Shown piece by piece: positions 12,501 through 25,189 of a stretch of DNA of 64,000 bases. Within the stretch, counting starts at the first letter, position 1, and every line of letters begins with the position of its first letter. The translations under genes and the position numbers were made by a program. Source of the stretch: Eimeria praecox (lineage: Eukaryota); assembly GCA_963920595.1 (NCBI GenBank), contig OY986950.1, positions 372,001 to 436,000 on the forward strand, given 5' to 3'. Below the pieces are notes generated by a model, which was given only the letters and a program-made list of their open reading frames with translations, made no database searches and was not told the origin of the DNA.

Positions 12501-15500
12501 AAGCAGATTGTGCTTGAGGCAAACCAGGAAATATGTGTTGCTGTCGATTTGGCAGCATTTTACTCGATATTCCCAAGTGCGTGTCTCTACATTAAAGTGG
12601 CGGCTGATGCGCTTTAAATTGTTCGAGTTAGTGCTTCAAAAGCTCATGGCTGTTCTGCAGGGATATAAAATGCCGGCTGAATCGTGAATGCCCGTTCAGC
12701 ATATCGTGCAAAATGGTCTTCAGGAACTGGAGACGAAATCGTATGTTCATGAATGCTGCCTCCACAACCCAGACAGTGCGCTGCTCCGTGAAGTAGCGAG
12801 GCAGAACAGTATCGTACGTGTGTAGACATTGTCAGAAACTGACAAGTCTCAAAGCCAGCTTGGAGATAAGCTCTTCGGTAGAGCCATATTCTCCTCTGTA
12901 AGCAAATTCTGTATGCAGTTAGAGCACCAGAACATCCTTGATGCAGGTGCGTCGCCCGCGTGCAAGTTTTGAATTGCTATGCGGCTTTTGCTAACTTCGG
13001 TTTGCTTGGAACTTTGCATGAGCATGGCAATCCTGCCGTGTATTTAAAGCTGCCAGCTACTAAAACCGCATGCAGGTGCTGAAGAGTTGCAGCCGTTCTT
13101 GAAAATATTCCGTTTCTTGTGGTTGGTAATGCGGAAACTAGGCTTAGAACTCCTTCAACAGTTTGGCCGAGAGTTACCGCCGAAGTTGTGGATTCGTGGA
13201 GAATATGACGCACTTGGCACCCCTTAGACTGTAAGTCGTAGCCGAACAGGCAGTCTAGTCGAGCCTCTTTTATTCGCCCATTGCTTTCTGTTTGAGCCTT
13301 TAGAACATCATCCACAGTTTGTCTGCGAGCTTTAGCAGTTTCATACTATAGCAAACCAACGCGAGAAGCATTACAGAAAAGTATTTGCTTTCGCACTCTT
13401 CGTGGGTGAGATTTTGCTTTAACAATGCATACTCTCCCTTTTGGCTTCCGCCCTCATTTGGTGGTGCACAGCGGCTGAACATTGGCGACACTCAAGTACT
13501 GGAAACGGTTAAACCATTGGATATTTTTATAATGAGGAACTCTTGCTTTCGGTTCACCACCGAATACGCTATGGCCGGTTGTTATACACTCTCGATCTGC
13601 ACGGCAAGCAGAAGGAGTGCGGGTTATTGATTTGTCCTAGTGCTTGCCTAGCTGTGGAAACGGGGAGTACACGCACTTTGTTACATTTTTCTTCCCTCTG
13701 TCGATGATAAAGAGGTTGTTTCACTCGGCCGTTTCAGCTAGTGCGTGGAAAGCTTGACATACTTGGCCACCTCAGTCAGTTGGCAATAACAGGCATTGAA
13801 GCTTTCCGAAAAGGGGACCATTTAGGGTGTTTTGAAAAGACGATCAATACCTTAATTTCTGCACACTTGGGGCGGTTACTTTGTGCTCTTGTGGAGCAGT
13901 GAGTACCATCGGCTTGAATATGCCTCTATCGATCAGCGTATGACTCTCCCTTTTTGCCTCAGGCTTAACCCGTTGGAAGACATATGAAATTGTTGAAATT
14001 GTGTGCAAGAAGACTACGGCGAAATCCTTAGGCTGATTCCCTAAGAGTTGCTCCAAGGTTCTTTCTCCTTCATAATGAGGCTTAATAATTGGCCTAGCCT
14101 CTCTTGCATGCGGAGCCCAATGAATTTGCACAAAAGCCGATGGATTTCAAAGCAGCTGGTGTGTTCCATGTCAGCTGGTTGGATTGTATATGTACATTCT
14201 CTGCCTCGTATGCCTTGGCTTTAAGAAGATTCTAGCTCGTTGCATGGGCAGCATGCTATCTAGGTTGCGGGATGCGGTGGATGCGAATCGCTGCACAGTG
14301 TTCGACGCCTAAACACTTCGGTTGCACGGCCATCTCCGGGTTTCGTTCTATGCGTGATTTTTGTATCATCTACACTAATAAGAAAAATGTACCGCTGTAT
14401 AGGAGTGCGATGTATTACCGTGCAAAGAGATTCGGTTACGTTCGCCCAACAGCATGCTGCTACTTTGCGGGCTTTTTCTGGTGAAGCATATCGCTGGCTG
14501 CCTACGTAGAGGTGCATAACACAATCCTACAGTATCAATGAGTAGGCATCTAGTTTTTTGATACTCCGTTGTGGAAAGAATAATTGGCAAAACATCTTTG
14601 GGTCCGTTTCCATCGCCTGGTGTGGAGGAATCGCGCAGCGTATGCCGGTGCTCACGTTCTTGTCTGTCCTGTATTTTTTAGTGCATGCGTGCAATGCCAT
14701 TTACTTTCACACTGCCGCTGCCGCCGCGCTACAGAAAGTGTGCCTTCTGTTGTTGTCACTAGGTTCACGCGTCCAAAAGAGCTCAGAAGGTTCAGATTAA
14801 CGTGCAGATCGGCCGGTTAGCCTAGTTGTTGTGGGCAGCTGCCTAATATTTCAGTGATGCTAACACTCCAACGGAACAGCTACCCATGAACACTTTGGGG
14901 TGCAACAAGGAACCCACTTTGGGCAGCCTTACCCGAGTCGCCAGGCACCTTAAGCATCGCATTTTGCCTACGAGTGTTTGCTGAGTATTTTCTGGCTCCT
15001 GCTTGCAGCATTCCGCAATATATGCTTGGTACCGATCTGCCTGCGACTTCCAATGCACAACATGCCGCTCGAACAAGACAAATCAGTGTTGGGGCTCCGA
15101 CCGCTTTTTGTTAGGATGGCGGAACTCAGTAGTTCCGAATTACCGAGGTGCAGCAACAGGCAACAGGGTAGTTGTATGCCACTGCAGCTCTTCCATTATG
15201 CAAAAGGTGCATGAAGCCGTCCACCTGTCACAAAAAGTTTGACCTCTTCGTGTTCCTACGCATTCTGTTTAATTTTCCGTGCACACTTGAGCAACGGATT
15301 TCGCAAGCCCCAAGATAGGCTTTGACGGTGAAACTTAGTAGTAGTGACTCTGATACCGCCATTGCTGCAGCACGTAGGTCGCCTTCAACAGCAAATATGA
15401 CCAGCCGCTCTAGCAGAAAGCTAATGCACTTTCTGCCTTTTGCCGCCCGTATTCAAAACAATGGCCAGAAAAATGCTGTGCGAGCTGTTCATCTTGACGA

Positions 15501-17459
15501 GGCAGGAATTGCCATATTTTTGCAGTCCTTCCCTGATGGTTCGCCCACTTTGGAGTGAACGCGTAGCCAAAGATGCTGTAGTTGGCATCGCGCTTCTGGA
15601 CTTCTGGCTGTGAAGAGGATGTACTGTGTTTGCACAGTTGTGCGCTTGGCAATGTTTTACTCTGCGGCGGCGCTAGCGAGGCTATGCATGCAAGGAACTA
15701 GCTTGCATCTGAATATGCATGGTGCTAATCGTAAGTCCACAATCATTTGCGTGACTGTAATTTCATTGCAGCAGGATTGCAGTGCTGTGGCAGTTCGCTT
15801 TGCTCTGCTGGGGTGCTTTGTGCATCGGCAAGAGAAGCAAAGGGAAGTTGTGAGGTTTCCGGTTTGCTTCTTTCTGTGCTTAAGCTCCTGCTGGCTTGGC
15901 GCCCCGCACAGTGATCAAGTGGCAAAATGTGTAGTTTTGTTTAGGCCATCTAAATTGCTTGTCGCTTACTTAGAAGCTCCGGGCTTGCCAAACTACTCGG
16001 GTTCATGCTTCTGTTGGCCCCAATTATTGAACTTGCACCTCCTCGACGAGGAAAAGTGCTGTAAAGTGGATATCTAAGAGCATATGCGATTAGTTCTACT
16101 CTGCGTTTTTAGACAACCTGATCTTGTTGTAATAGACAGTGAGCTACGATCCGAGAGACCACTGAATGCAGTTGAAACAAGGATTGGCGCGTTGTAGCTG
16201 CTCCTGAGATATATGGGCTGCGGGCATAGAGTTTTGGTGGAGAACCACACGTAGCTAGTCACATTGGGAAAAATAGCTTTGGCTGAGGCGCCTGAGCCGT
16301 GCAGGAAAAGCATCGATCTGCATAAGCGCTTGCAAGTATTTCGTTGTGGAAAGGCGATTGCACTGCTCCGTCGCGGCGTCGGTTATTTTATCAGCTGATT
16401 AGTGAGGCCTTACAATCTGACGTGGGTTGTGATTTCGAGATCCGAATGGGATATTTGCCGCTGCAATTTGAGCACTACCTTTTTAGTATCAGACTAGCCT
16501 TGCTTCGTGGTCAGCATCGCGAGCAGGTCACCCTGAAGTACCGCATTACCGTCTGTCCTTCTGAATCGCGTCAAATATGCATTAAAGGACAACTCTCCGA
16601 CCCTAGGTGTTAGTAGGTTCAATGAATAATAGCTAACGGTTGAATTCGGCACTGCACACCCAAAGTGACGAATTCCAGAGCAGCTTCACCAACTATTTGG
16701 GCCACGGAGATATTTGCGTTTCCTTAAGTTACGGATGTCTGCCTACTGTAGGCCGTACGCTCACTTCAGACACCATGCAGCTTACACAGGCAAGAGAAAA
16801 TAAGGGGCAGGTGGGACTAGTAAAATGATTCAGCACCGCAGAATCACTTGAGGAGACCCATAGAACCGTCCTGCGGTCTCCTGGTGTGGCATACTCAGAA
16901 TCAGTCTGTGGAAGGCGTCATAGGCTGCAGTGGGTCTTGCTAAGTGAGGGCCTACCATTAAACTGCCTACAACACCTTCCTGCAGTAATAAAGATGGCAC
17001 AAGTAGAGGGTTGGTCTTAACGAATCGTAATGAAGCTAAGGCACTTTGTCGTTGCACCCGGCCGTTTGAACTATTGGGAGATGTGAGAGCACATGGCATT
17101 GAGGCGATGCCATTCCAGCAACTGAAGCCTGTTTGCAGCTTGATGCATCGTGGGGCTTCAGCAGCCTGTGCCGTTGCCTGCGCCCCAGCTGCGCCAGCGC
17201 GGAAGTGCCGATGCGCATCTGGATCGACTCCGTAGGGGTTCAACTGCAACCTTGGAGTCATTAATTCCGGCGCATGAGGGCACTGCCGAGCTAAATCATC
17301 ATCGGCCAACTTTCCTTCCCATATTTCCCAGTCCTCCGCCCACCATCTTGACTTTTGAACCGTTTTCACCGTCCAAAGGTTCTCGCCGACCCTGGCTCAC
17401 TACAAATATGAATATCGGCCAGGCACTAATTCAGTTGGGCATCACCGCTAAACCGAATC

Positions 17460-20445
17460 TTCCACACATGCGGCGTTGGATACAGCCTGGCTGTTCTCTA
17501 TCTTAGGACGTGCGTTTCAAACCCATACTGCAAGACACCCACAGTGACCCGTCGGCGCCTGCGCGGACGCAGATGTGGACTCCGCGATCTGAGGCTATTT
17601 AAGCAAGATTTGGTGGGATCAAGAACCTGGTAGGAGAGAACTCCACAATTATCTGAGCCAACGTTCTGTACAGTGAGGGGGATTGCTCTAAGACGGTCTT
17701 CAACACTGCCTTCCCTTGCCGCCTGGCTTTCCGGTACCAGGCGAGAAAAGGACGCACTTGCCGATACTTTATCTGCACGCCCTCAGGCCCTCACGCCTTT
17801 GCAGTTCTATTGTGCCCGATCAGCCACGCTCCCGTTGGCTGTAGCGATTGCCCATTTGGCCAGCGCAGTGGTGACGCTTACAATGCCCGCTATTTTGAAG
17901 AAACGGCTTTCCAAAGTGCAGTGGGCTGGGATGAAACCCTCACGCGCTTGGGAGTTACAACTTGCTCGCTTGCAGCCTGGATTGCTGGATTGCAGTTAGA
18001 GTGAATGGGGCATCTTCCTCAAGGGTTTATAACGTGGGCGCGTGCAACGTAGCTAGTGCGTCAGGGCCTCAACGAGATACTTCACTTGTCATTACGATAG
18101 CTATTTGCCTTTTTCGTATTTCGGCGAACCTATGTCTGAGGGACTGGACGTCAGATTAGGAGTCTTTGCAGATATGATGAGCGTAGAAGAGCTTGCGAGC
18201 AGTGGCGTGCGCTTTGAATATTCTCAAGCCAGGTTGGGCTTAATCAGTCTTTAAATCGGATCTTGCGTGGGGGTTGGCTGTTTAGGTGCGCCGGTCATGT
18301 CCAGCACAGATGCGGATCCCCATGATTTGGATCATCCGTACAACCTTGGCCTTGGTCCGTCAGTGATTAGATAGGTAGGTGCATGGCGCCGTGTCTCTCT
18401 GCTACCTCGTTTTTTGATAGTGAGTTTTGAGGATAGCTTGCTTGGACTTTGAATCCCCCGTAATGAACAATCATCAGCGGCAGGCAATATCCAGAGGTGC
18501 AACATAGTCAGTACGCTGTGTTTGCCTGAGAGGCGGGTGGCCGAAAGGCTTGTGGTGTGGCAGAGAACTGAAGATTTGTTGCCTGCAGAGGTCCCAGAGT
18601 CTAGCAGCTGGTTGCACATAAACTACCCCCCCATGGATACCCTGCTCTCCAGGTATTCAGTAACGAGGAAGGCTTGCCTCATCTCTCTAAAAATACTGGG
18701 CCTACGCGGAACTTCTGTGTGCTTTGAAAAGGAGTCTGTGGGGTTCTCGTGAAGCCTACGCTTGGACGTGTACTCTGAATAGGCATTCCCTAAGAAATAT
18801 GTACTCAGGAGCCTCACGTTGGAGTGGGCCATGCTTGCTTGCCTACGGGAGCCTCTCCCTCGGTTTTTATTGGGCAGTATAAAAATGGATGTGAAATGAA
18901 TTGCACACAAGTGTCACAATGCGGATGGCTGAGGTGCTGCGCGTTGGCTGTGGGCGGACCAACGCAGCAAGAATATCCCTTTTCGGGGCTTAGTGCATTT
19001 GGGCTCACCCCTTCTAAATTGTGCTCATCAAGGAGACTACTGAGAGCTTTAGAAAGCTAACAGTTCGCCGAAAAGATAGCGACGGCCTCAGTCCACCAAT
19101 GGAATCAAGTATCGCTTCACGCACCTGCTACACTGTTGCCCAGGGGTATGTTTTCACAGGGCGTGAGCTGCAGCAATCGGCGCGCTGCGCTCTATATGCA
19201 TATGGATTTCTTTTACAGAAGGACGTAGGCTAGCACCACTTTAAGGGCCGAGTGCAACGGAGCATGCAAAGCGTGAGACAGCACCTTGATGCAACCCAGC
19301 TTACGACGGCAGAGCCCCGCACTACCATATAATCTCGCAGGTATATTCACTCCCACAGTCGCATTGTATTCACCCACCATTACAGCAGTGGCACCGGACA
19401 GGGAATGCCGCACCAGCAGGTGCTCCATAATTGAAGGGCGAAGTTTGGAATGTCTGTCGTATACGCAAAACGTGCACTTGACGCTTTATTTACTGCGCAA
19501 TATGGGAGTGTTCCTTCGTGTAGAGCAAACTCAAGCATAAGTATACCCACAGCTTGTAGCATTTTCGTGCTTTTCCGCAGCAGCGTGAACCGAGCAGAGT
19601 TCGACCAGAAGGGCGCTTGCAGTACGTGAAGCAAGCTGTTTATGCTTGTTAATGTTTATTTGCATGATGCTGAACGGAAACATGTATTGCATGTGCATGT
19701 TCGGCTTTTTCTTGTGTTTTACCGACTCCATTCTAGCAAGTGCGTGGCAAAACTATCCAAATGGTGTTGCTATTTTGAGCCATCGAGACGTTGCTCCTAA
19801 TGCATAGGTGGTTTGCCTCATGCCACTTCCTCATGAGGTGATATGCTGGCTGACAGGTGCGCCGCTGCCTCTCTGTCTGTGAGGCTATTGAGGCTAGCGT
19901 GATGGCCAAAGAGGCATTGACTCTTCTTGTACCAGGGACGAAGTAATGCATACCTCGTTGCCAAATATGGCATCTATTACACGCGAGCGGGCAATACTTC
20001 TCAATAAGCGCTATCCGAAACGCTTGGTAAGAGGCGCGGTTTTTTCTGTGGTCTACCGTCGCCTTCTTTCTGCTCCGCATTATGTTCAACTTCATAATGC
20101 TCGGTGTTCGGGGTGAGCATTGCCAGGCATGAACTATACTAGCAGGCGTCTCTTCTCTCCATCTAGTCCGATCACGCACAACGATGGATTGCGTGCATGC
20201 TCCAACGTGTGCTGCCATGTTATTGCAGAACAGGAAGGCCGAATCGTTCCCCTGAGCGTTCTTCTAAACTCTGGCAGCATCAACTGCAGCTGGTGCGTCG
20301 GCTCGGCAAAACCCTTCAATCAGGAAAATGATCAGGTGCAACCGATGAGGCGCAGGCACTCGCCGAGAAGCACGGAAGACAACAACGCAGTTAGGATATT
20401 TAAAGAGGCTGGTGGAATATTGGCTGAGCTTGCATGGATTATTGC
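17460..20445. repeat. ~3-kb direct repeat, copy 1
   Basis: Near-identical to 21661-24646 at offset 4201. The ORFs from 17673 to 20134 recur 4201 bases downstream. Confidence 0.95.
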
Positions 20446-21660
20446 GTACACATCGAATGGAGTGGGAGTTACTAGAATGCCAGTCTTGCCTGCAGCGTCT
20501 ATACACGGATGAGTCTCTCTGAGCTGTGTCGCCAAAACTGCGGTGCACCTGCTTTTTAAAGAACCCACCTTGGCTGGCCATAAGGTGCACATCATCCCAC
20601 CCAATCCTAAGCAGACTCTCCTCCACTCCTACTGTGTTGTAATTCAGTTCATCGGCAAAGGCGGTGGCTGATGAGCAATAGTGCTGGCCTGCTTATACTT
20701 CGTTCTTGGGTCACTTCCGACCCTTTTCTTTACTCCACTCCAGGTGCCCTTCGCTTACACCGGATCTCACACTTCAGTCTATTCTGCGCAGCCGTTACGG
20801 CAATATCTTGCTCCTCAGCCTCGCGCTCGCCTGCGTCGCCAGTGCCGCAGCAAGGGAATGCAATCGAAGCATGTGCAGAATTGTCATTAGGCGAAGGAAG
20901 TCCTCTCGGCATGCCATTAGCCTTTATTCAGGCATATACTGCGGCAGGCAATTTCACAAGCGCTCATTCAAAGCATCTGGGCCTTCAAGGTAATGTGGAA
21001 TGCGGCGTGTGCCTTCCCGTGGCGGCTCTCGGCATACTGCAGGCAGTATGTTCTTTCAGCCTTTACCCCACTGTCATGGAGGAAAGGCAGCCATACGCAA
21101 CTGTGCCTCACAAAGTGGTTCGGCTCAACAGCAATGCCTAAGACGAAGCGAAATGCCATCATTGGTGTGAAGTGTGAGGAATGTGTAAGAGCAACTACTT
21201 GACGGCAACAAGGGCCTAGGCAGGTATAGGGATGTGAGGAATTGGAGTCAACTAGGACCCGGTAAGCTAGTGCAGGACACACCGTTGTAGAAGTATTGGC
21301 GTGCCATCAGAGCGTCATATTATAGCCCTGTATGGCCAAGGCGTGCGGCGTCTATCAATACTCCCACCACCTTCCGGGCATTGGCAAACGGAGCGTGCGT
21401 AGGTTTAACACATCGGGTCGGATCTTTGCTCAAGGTGAATCCTCGCTGATCCTCAGCAAATAAGCAATGCGCAAACAATAGCCACCATCTGTACCTCTCG
21501 ATCGCCCAATTGCATCTGGTAACGCACCCTGATCAGGTTCCTTCGGCGTATGAGCGTTTCTACCCCCTCCTTAGCACGCGCTGCTCGGCATACTCAGACG
21601 TTGCGATGCCAGCCACACCCCAACTAACGTGACCACCTCACCACACCCCTGCCCTCACTC

Positions 21661-24646
21661 TTCCACAGATTCGGCGTTGGATACAGCCTGGCTGTTCTCT
21701 ATCTTAGGACGTGCGTTTCAAACCCATACTGCAAGACACCCACAGTGACCCGTCGGCGCCTGCGCGGACGCAGATGTGGACTCCGCGGTCCGAGGCTATT
21801 TAAGCAAGATTTGGTGGGATCAAGAACCTGGTAGGAGAGAACTCCACAATTATCTGAGCCAACGTTCTGTACAGTGAGGGGGATTGCTCTAAGACGGTCT
21901 TCAACACTGCCTTCCCTTGCCGCCTGGCTTTCCGGTACCAGGCGAGAAAAGGACGCACTTGCCGATACTTTATCTGCACGCCCTCAGGCCCTCACGCCTT
22001 TGCAGTTCTATTGTGCCCGATCAGCCACGCTCCCGTTGGCTGTAGCGATTGCCCATTTGGCCAGCGCAGTGGTGACGCTTACAATGCCCGCTATTTTGAA
22101 GAAACGGCTTTCCAAAGTGCAGTGGGCTGGGATGAAACCCTCACGCGCTTGGGAGTTACAACTTGCTCGCTTGCAGCCTGGATTGCTGGATTGCAGTTAG
22201 AGTGAATGGGGCATCTTCCTCAAGGGTTTATAACGTGGGCGCGTGCAACGTAGCTAGTGCGTCAGGGCCTCAACGAGATACTTCACTTGTCATTACGATA
22301 GCTATTTGCCTTTTTCGTATTTCGGCGAACCTATGTCTGAGGGACTGGACGTCAGATTAGGAGTCTTTGCAGATATGATGAGCGTAGAAGAGCTTGCGAG
22401 CAGTGGCGTGCGCTTTGAATATTCTCAAGCCAGGTTGGGCTTAATCAGTCTTTAAATCGGATCTTGCGTGGGGGTTGGCTGTTTAGGTGCGCCGGTCATG
22501 TCCAGCACAGATGCGGATCCCCATGATTTGGATCATCCGTACAACCTTGGCCTTGGTCCGTCAGTGATTAGATAGGTAGGTGCATGGCGCCGTGTCTCTC
22601 TGCTACCTCGTTTTTTGATAGTGAGTTTTGAGGATAGCTTGCTTGGACTTTGAATCCCCCGTAATGAACAATCATCAGCGGCAGGCAATATCCAGAGGTG
22701 CAACATAGTCAGTACGCTGTGTTTGCCTGAGAGGCGGGTGGCCGAAAGGCTTGTGGTGTGGCAGAGAACTGAAGATTTGTTGCCTGCAGAGGTCCCAGAG
22801 TCTAGCAGCTGGTTGCACATAAACTACCCCCCCATGGATACCCTGCTCTCCAGGTATTCAGTAACGAGGAAGGCTTGCCTCATCTCTCTAAAAATACTGG
22901 GCCTACGCGGAACTTCTGTGTGCTTTGAAAAGGAGTCTGTGGGGTTCTCGTGAAGCCTACGCTTGGACGTGTACTCTGAATAGGCATTCCCTAAGAAATA
23001 TGTACTCAGGAGCCTCACGTTGGAGTGGGCCATGCTTGCTTGCCTACGGGAGCCTCTCCCTCGGTTTTTATTGGGCAGTATAAAAATGGATGTGAAATGA
23101 ATTGCACACAAGTGTCACAATGCGGATGGCTGAGGTGCTGCGCGTTGGCTGTGGGCGGACCAACGCAGCAAGAATATCCCTTTTCGGGGCTTAGTGCATT
23201 TGGGCTCACCCCTTCTAAATTGTGCTCATCAAGGAGACTACTGAGAGCTTTAGAAAGCTAACAGTTCGCCGAAAAGATAGCGACGGCCTCAGTCCACCAA
23301 TGGAATCAAGTATCGCTTCACGCACCTGCTACACTGTTGCCCAGGGGTATGTTTTCACAGGGCGTGAGCTGCAGCAATCGGCGCGCTGCGCTCTATATGC
23401 ATATGGATTTCTTTTACAGAAGGACGTAGGCTAGCACCACTTTAAGGGCCGAGTGCAACGGAGCATGCAAAGCGTGAGACAGCACCTTGATGCAACCCAG
23501 CTTACGACGGCAGAGCCCCGCACTACCATATAATCTCGCAGGTATATTCACTCCCACAGTCGCATTGTATTCACCCACCATTACAGCAGTGGCACCGGAC
23601 AGGGAATGCCGCACCAGCAGGTGCTCCATAATTGAAGGGCGAAGTTTGGAATGTCTGTCGTATACGCAAAACGTGCACTTGACGCTTTATTTACTGCGCA
23701 ATATGGGAGTGTTCCTTCGTGTAGAGCAAACTCAAGCATAAGTATACCCACAGCTTGTAGCATTTTCGTGCTTTTCCGCAGCAGCGTGAACCGAGCAGAG
23801 TTCGACCAGAAGGGCGCTTGCAGTACATGAAGCAAGCTGTTTATGCTTGTTAATGTTTATTTGCATGATGCTGAACGGAAACATGTATTGCATGTGCATG
23901 TTCGGCTTTTTCTTGTGTTTTACCGACTCCATTCTAGCAAGTGCGTGGCAAAACTATCCAAATGGTGTTGCTATTTTGAGCCATCGAGACGTTGCTCCTA
24001 ATGCATAGGTGGTTTGCCTCATGCCACTTCCTCATGAGGTGATATGCTGGCTGACAGGTGCGCCGCTGCCTCTCTGTCTGTGAGGCTATTGAGGCTAGCG
24101 TGATGGCCAAAGAGGCATTGACTCTTCTTGTACCAGGGACGAAGTAATGCATACCTCGTTGCCAAATATGGCATCTATTACACGCGAGCGGGCAATACTT
24201 CTCAATAAGCGCTATCCGAAACGCTTGGTAAGAGGCGCGGTTTTTTCTGTGGTCTACCGTCGCCTTCTTTCTGCTCCGCATTATGTTCAACTTCATAATG
24301 CTCGGTGTTCGGGGTGAGCATTGCCAGGCATGAACTATACTAGCAGGCGTCTCTTCTCTCCATCTAGTCCGATCACGCACAACGATGGATTGCGTGCATG
24401 CTCCAACGTGTGCTGCCATGTTATTGCAGAACAGGAAGGCCGAATCGTTCCCCTGAGCGTTCTTCTAAACTCTGGCAGCATCAACTGCAGCTGGTGCGTC
24501 GGCTCGGCAAAACCCTTCAATCAGGAAAATGATCAGGTGCAACCGATGAGGCGCAGGCACTCGCCGAGAAGCACGGAAGACAACAACGCAGTTAGGATAT
24601 TTAAAGAGGCTGGTGGAATATTGGCTGAGCTTGCCTGGGTTATTGT
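21661..24646. repeat. ~3-kb direct repeat, copy 2
   Basis: See copy 1. The differences I saw are two near 17587-17590/21788-21791, one at 19626/23827, and a few at the termini. Confidence 0.95.
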
Positions 24647-25189
24647 ATAAAAAACCGACGGCCTGAATTCTTCAGTCGGGGCACCCACAAATTTATGCAG
24701 CGACCAGGCGCTCGTTCGTTTCATTCGCCGTGCTTTTCCATTATGGATGCGGAGGCGTTCTGCGGACGCGCTTCGCCGCACAAGGTAGCGCCGTGCGGGT
24801 AAGCGGAAGGTTCGGCTAGCCGGTGCTTAGCCGGTTGCGGCGCCTTGCCTCGTGTGTGCTTATTGCCCGTCTACGAAATATAGTAACATGACAGCTTGCC
24901 TCGAGCCATAGGGACGCCTTGCATGCTGCTGCGCAGCCTCACGGAATGGCGAATGTAGCAATGCACACGGAGAATTAGCAACAAGTAGTTTGTGCCACTA
25001 GAATGTAGGATGGGGCTACACTGGTGGCTGGCGGCCAGCAGGTTCTTCTTGGAGGTGACAAAACCGAACGGCCTGCGCCTTGACCCGATCGTAGGTCTTT
25101 CCAACTCATCCGAAGCTCGCAGCGGCAGATGGTCAAGACGCCGCGCTCCTACAATAGCTTGCCCGGATGCCCCAAAATGTCCCTGCCCT

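Noticed and set aside
6600..17400. Many 60-180-aa ORFs as genes (including SAG surface antigens)
   Set aside because: Lengths are near chance expectation, many starts are non-ATG, and I could assemble no SAG cysteine pattern or consistent exon chain.
17460..24646. LTR retrotransposon
   Set aside because: No TG...CA termini, primer-binding site or polypurine tract, and no recognisable gag, RT (YxDD) or integrase motif in the ORF track.
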